This document shows positions 13,428 to 25,850 of a stretch of 64,000 bases of DNA, piece by piece. Every line of letters starts with the position of its first letter. The stretch's first letter is position 1. Both the position numbers and the translations under genes were made by a program. The stretch covers positions 178,994,001 to 179,058,000 of the forward strand of contig NC_042998.1 of assembly GCF_006345805.1 (NCBI RefSeq). Reading direction: 5' to 3'. Under the pieces are notes generated by a model. It saw only the letters and a program-made list of their open reading frames with translations. It had not been told where the DNA came from and did not search any database. This stretch comes from Octopus sinensis (lineage: Eukaryota).

Positions 13428-16400
13428 TCACATGCATGCACACACACAGATAGATAGCTAGATTGATTGATTAATACATATAAGAGAGAAAGAGAGAGAG
13501 AGAGAGGTGCATGTGTGTGTAAACATATATGTGGATATTTGCGTTAGTGTGATTGTGTGTATATACCAAAATTTATCAAGAATCACATTTAATTTGTATT
13601 TCTTTAAAAACCATTCTGTCAGAGATGGAATACAATAGCTTAAAGAAGTCATATGAGGTAATGGAGGACTGACTTCATGTAAACTTCATGCCAGTTATCT
13701 AAACTTCACAGCCTAGAGTGTTACAAAAGCAATTATAGGGTTGCCTCACCTTCCTTGTTATTGGAATAAATACAGCAAAAAATAAAACCAGAATCTGAAA
13801 AACCTAGGGAAGTAATTGCTCTCTCTCTTTGAAGGAGACCATTTTTGGAAACAATAGCACTCATGTTTGCCAATGGCATATGGAGTTATACAAATTTACA
13901 AATCTTAACAAGAGATTGAGTGAGAGAGAGGTAGAGATAGATAGATAGATAGAGAGAGAGAAAGAGAGAGAGACAGGCAGGTAGAGAGAGCGAAACGTGG
14001 GCTCTAGTGAAGAATGTAATAATGCAGCAGGTTACTATAAAGATTTCCTTACAATATCCCATTGAAGAGCATTCCTACCTCATCCCTAATCTTTTTGTTC
14101 TGATGAAGGACTAATGTCTAAAACATCAAAATCTTTCTCTTCCTTTTCAGTGTTAAACTAATAAAACATTTGTAACTTGTCCCTCCCATGTTGGCTGTTT
14201 TTTTTGTTCATTGCCCTTATAATAACATAAGTAGAAGACAGTGGATATACAGAGAAGTTTTCCCATTGTTAAGAGGAAACTGTGAGGCTTAACTGGTTCT
14301 TGGGTGTCCATCTATTGTGAGAATTCAAATCAAACCTCCAAACTGAAAACAGCTTCCTCCTTTCCTCCTACTAAACTCAAAGGGCCTGCAAAAGGCCATA
14401 GACTCTGCATTTTTTCCTCTGATAAAAAAAAAGTCATTGTTTTATTTGTTAAGCTGGAGTGGAAAGTCAGCATGTATAGCATTTTCTGGCTTTTCTAGAG
14501 ACTTTGAAACACGAATAACTGGCAGGGATTGTTTGATTCAAGCGGGCTAGTAATTGATAGGAAAACATGCAAGGGGAACTCTAAATGGGTAGAGTTATGG
14601 AGGAAGAAGCATGCATACACAGGCCTCCTTGCTACATACAAATATTTGAGTGCAGTCATCATTTAGCTGCTATTTTTAGCAAGTTGTGTGAGCACTTAAA
14701 CGTTCCTTCTGTGACTTATCTTTATATCTTTCTGTAGTGTATCAAGGATTGGTAAGTTTGGCAGAAACTCCTATACTCTTAGTCTTTGATTGTGATCAGA
14801 TAGTTCTAGTACAATTAATAAGTGAAGTGAAATGGCTTGATAAAGAATTGAACCAGTATAGCAAACTTAACTTACTAGGAGCTTATTGACCATCCTATTA
14901 TTGGTACATGTGTTGTACAACATTTATCCATGTATTTATATGTTCCTTTATTTATCTGTTTATTGTTTTTTAAAACAACATTGTGTTTTCTAAACCCTGG
15001 AATCAAAGAAGGGCAACTGGGAAGTAATGGAACAGTTAAAAACTTTATTGCTTCTGATCACCCCAAAATTGACAGATAGGATTATGAATGCTGGTGAGCT
15101 ACTCCTAGGTTCACTAATACCAAAACTGGTGCTGGAAAAACATTTCAGGTGTCAGATATATAAAATATACAAACACTCACAGAAACATACTCACAGATAT
15201 ATGAACAGTTAGCTACAGAAACAAACAAACACACACATACACATGCAAATAAGATCTATCAGTCCCATCAGTTCAGATTCCATTGTATTTATTATTTAAA
15301 GACTTATACTACATCAATACATTCTTGATAACTTATTACTAGAAGCAACTTTGGGAAAGTTCTAGTGATTATGGAACACAGCCAAATAATACCTCCAGAG
15401 AATATTTTGACTGCAGACACAGAATTTCTGCTGCAATTATTATTATTATTATTATTATTTTATTATTATTATTACTGCTACTATTCTCAGCTTCCATTTG
15501 TATTGACTTCTAGAATGCTATCAATTAATTATTTTAAAAATCTTTATCAGTTCTCTCAAGCTATTTCTATCTATGCAATCTCACAAATATTTTTGCTATT
15601 TTACATTCATTTTGCTATGTTAATATGGGTGGGTTGATTTTGTTGGTGCAGTTGTTTTTATAACTGAAATTGTCAGTTGTAGAAAGTGTGTGTTTTATCA
15701 GTTGGCCAACTAAAACAAGTCATAAAATGTGTCCTGCCTAGGGGTACATGAATTGCTAATTATGATATGATCAGCAGTTCAGTACCTTAGGCTATTTAGA
15801 CATTATATTTTTGCTGTTGCAAAACATTATTCCTTATAAAAGACTTGTTAGGTTTATTACCTATTTGAAGTTATTCTATGGGTTCTCCAGGTTTATTCTT
15901 ATTTAGAAATATACCCCCTTTAATCTATTTTAAAGAATTGAGTACACTCTGCAAAGTGGTTGGCATTAAGAAGGGCATCCAACTATAGGAGCCATGCCAA
16001 AGCAGAGAGTGGAGCTTTGCACATTCTTCTGGTTTGCAGGCTCCTGTCAAACTCTCCAGCAAGGAAGACAGACAGACAGACATTAAATGATGATGATTTA
16101 AGATCCAATTTAGACTATTCCTCTGCTAGGTACAGTCAGAATTTGTCTCTTATTTTCCTTTTTCTGTTCATTGAAGCACATGTTTACTCGCATGACAAGC
16201 CCCACGTCAGCACAATCATCTCTTCATTTGCATGTGTCAAGACCTATTTTCTTAAAGTGATTGAGTTGAAGACACTGAAGAATAGTTCTTTGATATATGT
16301 TAATTTGAACATTTGTAAAATAATTGCTAAAATGAATACTTTACATAAATGAACACTGCTAATTAATCAACTGTGAAATAACAACACTACCTATTTTTAG

Positions 16401-16872
16401 CAGAATAAATTGAAGTAAGCAGATTAAACAGTTCATTCCAATGACACAACATAACACTTTATATAAAACTGAGCATCATACCATCAGTCATTCAGTTTGG
16501 GAGACAGACAGATTTGAAGCAAACCTGAAGCAGAGTGGGTGTATCAGTGAGAAGGTCATGAAAAGACTTTGGCAAAACTAGCTGACTGATTGTTTAATTG
16601 AATGATTAATCAAGCAATCACTTAGTTAAATGGTTAACTAATTGACTAATAATAGTAATAAAAGAAGTAAAATAAAACCAGTGCATGTTTATTATTGGCA
16701 CAATGACCCTCCTGAGATACAATAAAATATGTTTCAACACACGAAGAATCTTGTAAATCAAATACAAAAATGAAATAAATTTGCATCTACTTTTGATTTT
16801 TGCTCTTTGCACATTCTTAGCTCCTTATTCTAGTATTTTAGAAAGCTATGTTGAAAAATGTCTTTTCATTAC

Positions 16873-17022
16873 CTTGGGTTGATTGGACTAAGGTCAAGCT
16901 TTGTGATATCTCGACATCCACTGGCAAGGGCCCAGAGTACTTCAGCTGTTGGTGGATGCAGGGCACTGTGATATGTAAACTCCTCCAATAGGCGAGCATA
17001 ACAAGAAACAAGCCACAAGCTC
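16873..17022 (-). CDS. FBXO41: FBXO41-like exon (SLWLVSCYARLLEEFTYHSALHPPTAEVLWALASGCRDITKLDLSPINP)
   Basis: atttcag acceptor, gtaatg donor; 150 bp, phase 2 to 2. Strong resemblance to recalled RSLWLASCYCR..TY.S...EVIWALGAGCREI. Confidence 0.9.
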
Positions 17023-17727
17023 CTGAAATAAGAATGTAGTTTGTATTTTTTCCATTAAAACAACAAAATATTGATTTCAAATTTTGGCACAACGCCAGCA
17101 AATTTGGGGGAGAGGTAAGTCAATTATATCGACTCCAGTGCTCTACTAGTACTTATTTTATCAACTCTAAGAGGATGAAGTTTGATCTCAGGGGAATTTA
17201 TATTCAGAATGTAAAGACGGACGAAATGCAGCTAAGCATTTTGTCCATTCTGCCAGCTCACCACCTTAAAACAACAAAATATTAACAACATAACAACTAC
17301 AAAAATTTCAAATTTTTTTTGATAGGTACATAGGTGGAGGGAAGTCGAGTCAATTTGATCGACCCTATTACATCACTGGTACTTGTTCCTTTGTCGGTAA
17401 GCAAAACTATCATCGTTTAACGTCCGCTTTCCATGCTAGCATGGGTTGGACGGTTTGACTGAGGTCTGGTGAACCAGACTCCAGTCTGATCTGGCAGAGT
17501 CTCTACAGCTGGATGCCCTTCCTAACGCCAACCACTCCGAGAGTGTAGCGGGTGCTTTTTATGAACTCAGGACATAGCGGCAGACAAAATACCGTTAAGC
17601 ATTTCGTCCAGTGTGCTAACGATTCTGACAGCTCGCCGCCTTAGCAATAATAGTTATAATAATGATAATAGTAATGATAATAATGATGATGATGATATTA
17701 TTATTATCATTATTATTATTATTATTC

Positions 17728-18240
17728 AGTAGTTTTATTTTTATAGCGTGCTTTCACTTCACTACCGAGCACAGCTCTGTGTGCCTTGGGTATGTGCTGT
17801 GGTTTGTTGTGATGCTCTTATGGTTACTGTATTGAGAGCGTTTTGCGTAGGATGTGTGCAGTGCCCAGTAGTGCAATTTTCTGCATGTTATATATATTTG
17901 TAAGTCCTGGTGTTTTTGTTATGTATTTGCCTGAATATTTTTTTTATCATACCTAATGTGCCTACTATGATAGGAATTGTTTCTGTTTTTAGATTCCACA
18001 TTCAAGTTACCTCTATTTCCAGGTCTTTGTATTTTGAAAGTTTCTCCATTTCTTTTAGAGACACGTTGTCATCTGCTGGTATTGCTACATCAATTAGAAA
18101 GCATTTTTTTTCTTCATGATCTCTGACAACTATATCTGGCCTATTGGCCTTAATTTTTCTATCTGTGTGTATTGGCATATCCCAGAGTATGGTTGCTTTC
18201 TCATTTTCTGTGACCTTTTTGGGGTGTGCCTATACCATCT
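17728..18240 (-). mobile_element. R4/Dong-like RLE non-LTR retrotransposon, 3' fragment inserted in (TAA)n
   Basis: Minus-strand translation ILWDMPIHTDRKIKANRPDIVV..CFLIDVAIPADDNV..KE.EKLSKYKDL..IVGTLG..QKIALLGTAHILRKTL (PD..D restriction-like endonuclease). (TTA)n on both flanks. Confidence 0.85.
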
Positions 18241-18248
18241 TTTTTTTA

Positions 18249-18295
<47 letters not shown>

Positions 18296-18614
18296 GGTGG
18301 CAAGCTGGCAGAATTGTCAGCATGACGAGTAAAATGCTTAGCGGTATTTTGTCTACTGCTACATTCTGAGTTCAAATACTGCCGGGGTTGACTTTGATTT
18401 TTATCCTTTTGGGGTTGATAAATTAAGTACCAGTCAAGTGCTGGGGTCGATGTAATCAACTAGTCCCCTTCCCCAAATTTCAGGCCTTGTGCCTGTAGTA
18501 GAAAGGATTATTATGATTATCATTATTAGCAAACTTACCCATCTACGATGGGTGATAAGAGCAGGGTACAAATCGAGACAATTTAAGTTGTAATGTACTT
18601 ATTTTTATTCATTA

Positions 18615-19011
18615 CTAGCAGTATCGCCCGGCGTTGCTCGGGTTTGTAAGGGAAATAACTATATAAGCATTTTTAGAGAGTTATAGCCAAAAAATAGCAA
18701 AAAAATGCATTAAAAATTGAAAAAAAATTAAGGTAAATTTTTTAAAAATCGTTGACACATCGTAGATATTTTTAGAGAGTTACTTCCCTTATATAAAAGC
18801 GAAAAAAATGCATTAAAATGGAAAAATATGATGGTAAATTTTTTTAAATCGTAGACTCATCGTAGACGCACGCTAATACCCAGAAGGGCTCGATATGAAT
18901 CACGACTATAAGATACCCGCTTTTGGTTAAACTGCACCGGAAGATGTGGGAGTAGTTAGGAATCTAAATCGTAGGAGACAGACACCACACAACTTCACTC
19001 TTATATAAAGA
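18615..19011 (-). mobile_element. Non-autonomous Helitron
   Basis: Minus strand A|TCTTTATATAAG ... hairpin cccgagcaacgccggg ... CTAG|T; no TSD. Confidence 0.85.
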
Positions 19012-19439
19012 TGCTTTTTTTTTTTCAGTCATAGAGTTAGATTTATGAAGGTCTTCAGTAGAAAATCCTTCGAATTCTGACTCGCTGCTTGATATAATGA
19101 AATTCGTATCCATTTTTTGTCAGAATTACAAATTTTGAAAACACAATAGGAACAAATTTCGGAAAAAAATCTCCCATAATTCACGGAATTAAAATTACAC
19201 TTCGATTTTTGTACAAAACTGTAGTTGAAGTGTTTACGAAGTATAATACGTGTTTTCACGAATGTACTAAAGAGATTTGCTCTGATATTCTCATTTAAAT
19301 ATGAATAGGTAAATTCGGGCGGCTTGGTAACTATATATAAGTGTCGTCTGTTTATACATAAACACTGTTTCATACTGCAATTATATATACATATATCTAT
19401 ATATAATATTATATAATAAAATATATACAGAGTAAAATA

Positions 19440-20182
19440 AAAACTAATTTACCTTTTCTGTCCGTCCGTGTGTCTTTGCAAATGTGTTGGAATGATAAGT
19501 GAGTTGAGTTTTGGCGCCTTTTTTACTAATAACAAACACACACGTGTTTGTATGTAGTTGTATGTGTATGTAGTTGTATGTAGTTGTATATGTATGTGTA
19601 TGCGTGTGTGTGAGGAATGACACACACACACTCACGCACGCACACATGTACATCAATGCTTTCGGAGTGATATGTGAAAATATTGAGTTTTCTCGAATTT
19701 TGTCTTAATTGGTGGTAAAATTGAAAGAAATTTTTTATGGCATCACCCACTGAAGTACTCTGAAAAATCTTAGGTAAATTCTAATTGAACAAATTGTGTG
19801 AGGAGTAAATGGTTATGTATTTATTTGTTTCTGTTTGCTGTGTTTTTTTATTTTTTGAGTAGTGGTTTAAATACTTTCAGTTTAGTCTTCCTCAAATCAC
19901 TCTGTCGCTATTTACTTTCATTTTATTCGTTGCACACTGTGTGTGTGCGTTTGCGTGTGGTGTAAACCAGACTAAGAAAAGCATTTGACACACACACCAG
20001 AATGTGAGTTTTCTGTAAATTTTGCTTAATTGGAGTTTAAATTTTAAAAACTGGACCTGGCATGACGCGATGCATTGTACTCTTAAAAATGCTAGGTAAA
20101 TTGTAATTGAAGAAATCCTATATTGTAGATTTGTATAACTCCCAAAGGGAGGCAGATAAAATCTGCCTTTTATAATAAGAGA
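19440..20182 (-). mobile_element. Probable Helitron 5' portion
   Basis: Minus strand begins A|TCTCTTATTATAAAAG followed by the hairpin ggcagattttatctgcc; internal repeats. 3' CTRR end not located. Confidence 0.45.
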
Positions 20183-20715
20183 TTTTTGATAGTTTGAAAC
20201 TATATAGAGTACCTTATTGAACAATATATATGTAAACATTTACGAAACACATTCATGGTGTTATCTTTACAAAACCTCTTTGTAAACAATATTCCCCGTT
20301 TGTCCACAACTAAGTTTTGTGAAGACAGAGAAATGCTGTTAAGCATTTCACCTGGCGTGCCAACGGTTCTGCCAGCTCAACAATGATAACGGTTTTATAA
20401 TTGGGCATAAGGCTGTTTAATTTGTAGTGTGGTGTTAGTTGATTACCGTGATCCTAGTACTTGACAGATACACTATTTTATCAACCTTTGAAAGGATGAA
20501 AAGCAAAGATTTGGCAGGATTTGATCTTAGCACATAAAGAGCTGGAAGAAACGCTGCCAAGCATTTTGTTTCAATCGCTAATGATTCTGCAAACTCGCTG
20601 ACCTGATTTCAATTTTTGGCAAAAAGCCAGCAGTTTTAGTGAGATGGGGAGTTTAGTCAATTACGTTAACCCCAATACTTGACTGGCATTTAATTTTATT
20701 GACCTTGAAAAGATG

Positions 20716-21128
20716 GGATCTTTTCGGTTTGAACGGCAGTTTTTTCTAGCGGTGTCATATGAAATTGTCACTCATAGTTATGACCCTAGAATCGATCTAT
20801 TGCATTTCAATCTCTTTTAGGGTTAGGGGTGGGGAAAGGGTATCTTTTTTTTCTTCACAAATGTAAATAAACCCAATCTATTTCTTAAACGAGGGACATA
20901 TTCATACGGCACAGAATGCTTTTTAACTCAATAGACGTCACTGATTGGTTGAAATCGCAGAAATTGAAGAAAAAAAAAGCAACAAATATCTTACAAACTA
21001 TAGAATTTTCTCAATAAAGCCAAGAGAAAAAGATGCTTTATGAACACATTCTACCAGTATACGAAGTTTGAAACTTTTTAGCTACCTAGAAATTATGTTA
21101 AAAACTGCCGTTCAAACCGAAAAGATCC
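20716..21128. mobile_element. Non-autonomous TIR DNA transposon with 8-bp TSD, nested in a SINE
   Basis: 29-bp perfect TIR ggatcttttcggtttgaacggcagttttt / aaaaactgccgttcaaaccgaaaagatcc. TSD aaaagatg at 20708-20715 and 21129-21136. Confidence 0.92.
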
Positions 21129-21283
21129 AAAAGATGAAAGGAAAAGTTGACGTCAGCAGGATTGGAATTCAGGATATAGTGAGCTGCAAGAAATGCTGCA
21201 GTTGTCGCATAATAAATTTAATCCTAAATTTAATTCTTACAAAGAGAAGAAAGAGGAAGAATAAAGAAGTAAGATAAAAATAC

Positions 21284-21382
21284 CTTTCTGTAAATACAGG
21301 TCCACAGTTTGTGATTGTAAGTTTTTGGAGACTTCCTTCAGCACTTATTAAGACAGTTTCCAGACCTTGCTCCAAGCTGCCT
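21284..21382 (-). CDS. FBXO41: FBXO41-like exon (GSLEQGLETVLISAEGSLQKLTITNCGPVFTER)
   Basis: ttcacag acceptor, gtattt donor; 99 bp, phase 2 to 2. Resembles recalled GCLEAGLESLLKAAGGNLLILRISHC. Confidence 0.85.
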
Positions 21383-22349
21383 CTGTGAATATTTAAAAGA
21401 AAAATGTATTTTGGGTGTTACCACAATTAAAGTATCTTGCTCTTTGATTTTTGATAAACTTGCAGAAGAAATAAACAAACATATGTACAATCCATACACT
21501 TAACTACTTACCTTTCTATTAACTTAAGGCTAATATATGAATGCTGTCAATAAATAAATTCTAGTGGCCTGCCTACCTGCCTGCCTACCTACCTACCTAC
21601 CTACCTTCCTACCTACCGAACATCCAGCCAACTGACTGACCGATAGATCATGTGAGTATATTTTTTTGCGCCGAAAATCATTTAATAGCAAAATTTGGCG
21701 TCTGCGTACATAGACACAAACCATAACTATTTAACCATCAGGTAACATAGAACCGACTCCTGTCAACTCTATCACTCAACAAAACCTTATTTTGGGACTG
21801 TTACGAAACATGTTCACTCAACAGTGCCAGCCTTGATATTCGGCGCAAAAAACATGATATTAACGCACGAACTTACTATGGAACTTACTAAAATTTCTCA
21901 GATTACTACTAACCAACTGATCTTTCTCTATTGCATTTGACAGATAAAATTCAGACAGCTTTGATTGTTAGGGATTGTCACTAGATGTGTTCACTCAACA
22001 ACAACAGCTTTAAGTAATGGCGCTAAACATATTATCACATGACATTAAAAAACGGACGTAGAGGAGTACTAGCCAAAATTTCTTAACCTGATCACATGAT
22101 CATTCTCGACCAATGAAAACGCATCCAAAACAGATGCTAATTTGAACCATGTCCTCTCTATAAAAAAACAAAACAAAAGAATTTTAAAATTCCAACCAGA
22201 AGCAAGTTGTAGCCTAGCTCCACATCTTTCAATATCAACTTTTGAAAATCAGAGAAATATGTGAAACCGGTTAAGTTTTTGAAATAAAAAAGAACCCCAA
22301 AAATCTGAACGAATCCCAGTGCATTTTCGACTTCTCTCTCCCTCTCTTT

Positions 22350-22402
<53 letters not shown>

Positions 22403-22407
<5 letters not shown>

Positions 22408-22720
22408 TTCTATAAGCTTAAAGCTTACAAAAGTTCACCGCATACTGACTACAAAAAATAGTCTAATATCGGGGCATATAAGACCTCGACGGAAAAAAGC
22501 AGGGTTTCCGTATGTATGGGAGTCGAACTGACAGCTCTTTGTTTTCACAAGTGTGTAATGGTAACACACTTGACGAGAAAACGAAGAGCTGTGGGTTCGA
22601 GTTCCATGCATAAGGAGACCCTGCTTTTTTCCGTAGAGGGCTTACATGCTCCAATATTAGACTATTTTCGTTCGTCAGTACACGGTAATTGCTTGTAAGC
22701 TTTAAGCTTATAAAATATTA
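22403..22720. repeat. ~320-bp imperfect palindrome (foldback/MITE-like)
   Basis: tataagcttaaagcttacaa ... ttgtaagctttaagcttata; arms complementary up to a short loop near 22557. Confidence 0.85.
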
Positions 22721-22794
22721 TCATTTACAGATTTGTAAAAATCGACACTACTTACCAAAAACCATCGCATATGTGTGTAAATATATATATATAT

Positions 22795-23600
22795 ATAGTA
22801 ACATACAATATAATATTATAATAATATATTAATACATTAAGATATATTAAATACATTATAATATAGGTGGCTATAGCAATTAAAACCAAAAGGTAAAAGT
22901 AATAAACATGGGTGCAAATAGCACCTAAAATTGCTAGAAATCAGAGCTAAAATTTAACTCGGACAGCTACACAAAAGCACTAACCTCATGAAATATTCGG
23001 GAATGCGAGCAGCAAGCCACAATTTCTTTCTTTGGCGAGATACACTCACAGAATAAAGTAGTTTGATAAAACCTTATCACGGGATTTTGAAATTTGATGA
23101 AGATGATCTTTTTTCTCGTCAGATGTTTCTACAATTATTCCGCGTTAAAAGAGACAGCCTGCTTCCCATTCATTCATAAGAAAAAACTGTTGAAAAGCTG
23201 GCGCTAAAATTCAAAACAGTTTATTCATTTTACCTTTTTGGTTTTAATTGTTATAGACACCTGTATTACAATGTATTTAATATATATTGATATATTATTA
23301 TAATATCTTATTGTATGTTACTATACACTTTAACCATTTTGAATTTTAGCGCTCGCTTTTCAAAGGTTTTTTTTTTTATCATGAACGAATGGGAGGCAGG
23401 CTATCTCTTTTAACCTGGAGTAATTGTGGAAACCTCTGACGAAAAACAATTTCGAAATCACGTGATAAGGTTTTATCAAACTACTTCATTCTGTGAGTGT
23501 ATCTCGCCAAAGAAAGCTGTGGCTTGCTGCTCACAGTCCCGAATACTTCATGAGGCTAGTGCTTTTGTGTGGATGTTCGAGTTAGCAATTGTAGGTGCTT
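22795..23600. mobile_element. Penelope-like pseudo-LTR relic with A-B-A'-B' inverted arrangement and hammerhead motifs
   Basis: 22795-22907 is inverted at 23219-23324, and 22921-23216 is inverted at 23337-23598. The B segments contain CTGACGA...(G/A)AAA..TA motifs. Confidence 0.6.
23430..23473 (+). ncRNA. Minimal type I hammerhead ribozyme motif
   Basis: AAACCT CTGACGA aAAAcaaTTTc GAAA T CACGTG A TA AGGTTT: stem I 6 bp, intact core, palindromic loop 3. The G10.1-C11.1 pair is mutated to A-C. Confidence 0.65.
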
Positions 23601-23609
23601 TTTTGCAAC

Positions 23610-23650
<41 letters not shown>

Positions 23651-23783
23651 TCTGTCCGGCATTCGCCATGATAGATCGCTAGCCACTAAACCTTTTTCTA
23701 TTTTCTCTCCGTTTATTTCTGTGTTCCTTTCTGTCGAAGAGCGTAGGCTCGAAACGTAAAAGACTTTCTCACTTTCCGAGCGT

Positions 23784-23856
<73 letters not shown>

Positions 23857-23872
23857 TATATATACATACATA

Positions 23873-23905
<33 letters not shown>

Positions 23906-23959
23906 GTATATATATATATATATGCATGCGCGTGCGCGAATTATATCGAGGTTGCTTAC

Positions 23960-24020
23960 TGTATCTCTTTTTGGTAAAATTTCTCACTTTCTCCCCGGCG
24001 TTTTGGCCGTCCTTGTATAT
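23960..24020 (-). CDS. FBXO41: FBXO41-like exon (NIQGRPKRRGESEKFYQKEIQ)
   Basis: ttttcgacag acceptor, gtaagc donor; 61 bp, phase 1 to 2. Resembles recalled FBXO41 NLKPRQRGKKESKEEY. Confidence 0.8.
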
Positions 24021-25055
24021 CTGTCGAAAAGCAAATAGGAAAGATTATTTTTTTAGAGATACTTGAGTTGAAAATAAAAATTGTTTTGTATATTCCAATT
24101 TCTACATATCACACTCTATATCTTTCCTAATTTTTCTATCGAGACATAGTTGATAGATCAATTTATGGTATAATCAACAATCCTAGTAAATAGCACAACG
24201 TCTTAAGTTTCAGTATGCTTTAATATTATAATGGCAAAACTTTACAGTGTAGATTTATGGCATCATATTATAGTGCCTAAACTTACGAAATCACAATTAA
24301 TATATGACGAAACCTCCGAATTTCACAAGTTTTGTAGATAAAAATACATCAAAATTCTACAAGTTTAGTGTATAGTATATCACATATTTATTATACGTCA
24401 AAACAGTAAATCACAACCACTATTTTAGTACGGCAATATTTCCTAATATTAATCCGGGAAAACTGCACAATTTTAGTGCATTACAACGTCACAGTTTTAG
24501 TATATTACATAATTCTGCAATTTTGTACTTCATACTAAGGTACTAATACGTCACAATGACAATTTTTAATATAAACACACTATTACAAGTTGTTTACATC
24601 ACCATATCTACAATTTTAGAACACTATTGCCACAAAGTTTTGTGCATCACAATACATAAACCTACTATTTTGTTACATCATAGTTACTTCAATTGTAGTA
24701 CATCACGTTTGCTATAGCAAATTACCACAATTTTTACATCACTATGGCTGTGATTTAGTACTCTTCATTACTACAGTTATAGAACGTTATAAATGCTAAA
24801 ATTTCACTTTGCTGCACTGTAAACACTTTGTTTAATTCACAATGTTATAAAATAATAAAGTCATAAGTGGCAGAATTTTTGTGCGTCAAACAACACAAAG
24901 CCACAATTATTATTCCTTTTGCTAAAACTTAAACGTGATTCAACTCTGCAGTTTAGTATGTCACATGTCATAATGTCACAATACGACATATTTAGTATAT
25001 TCTTCGTACGTTACGAGGTCACAATTCAAATACACCCAAGGCAAACTATTTAATT

Positions 25056-25266
25056 TACTCTTTACTCTTTTACGTGTTTCAGTCATTTGACTGCGGCCAT
25101 GCTGGAGCACCACCTTTAGTCGAGAAAATCGACCCCGGGACTTATTCTTTATAAGCCCAGTACTTATTCTATCAGTCTCTTTTGCCGAACCGCTAAGTGA
25201 CGGGGACGTAAACACACCAGCATCGGTTGTCAAGCAATGCTAGGGGGACAAACACAAGCACACACA

Positions 25267-25362
<96 letters not shown>

Positions 25363-25526
25363 TACGACAGGCTTCTTTCAGTTTCCGTCTACCAAATCCA
25401 CTTACAAGGCATTGGTCGGCCCGGGGCTATAGCAGAAGACACTTGCCCAAGATGCCACTCAGTGGGACTGAACCCGGAACCATGTGGTTGGTTAGCAAGC
25501 TACTTACCACACAGCCACTCCTGCGC
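25056..25526 (-). mobile_element. SINE family B, full-length copy
   Basis: Reverse complement of the 8731/56146 copies, with expanded internal (CA)n/(TA)n. Confidence 0.88.
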
Positions 25527-25795
25527 CGTTTTTGTTGAAGTTCATTCCTTCCATTAGGCACCACATTGAAGTTAGAGCATAGTTAGTGAAACAATCTTAG
25601 GTAGTGGGTGACTAAGGTAGTGTAATTTGTGATATCAAAAGCCACTGAAGAGTTAGAGAATGACACGGTTTAAGGTAGAGGATGAGTGAAATTGTGACTG
25701 TAGTAATGACACAGGTCGGATAGTGACGAATGAAAAGTGATACTCACCCCAGCAAGAAACAAACAAAACGATTTATTGTTTTTAAATGTACTTAC

Positions 25796-25850
25796 TATCA
25801 AAACAAAGTTCCCTCAGGTTCGTAAATCTCTGGGAGAATTTTTCCAGAAA
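25796..25850 (-). CDS. FBXO41: FBXO41-like exon (FLEKFSQRFTNLRELCFD)
   Basis: catttag acceptor, gtaagt donor; 55 bp, phase 0 to 1. Fits the previous exon and the recalled vertebrate FBXO41 segment FLAMLAQWCTQAHSLTL. Confidence 0.78.

Noticed and set aside
20817-20828. Interstitial telomere (TTAGGG)2
   Set aside because: Only two units, inside a MITE.
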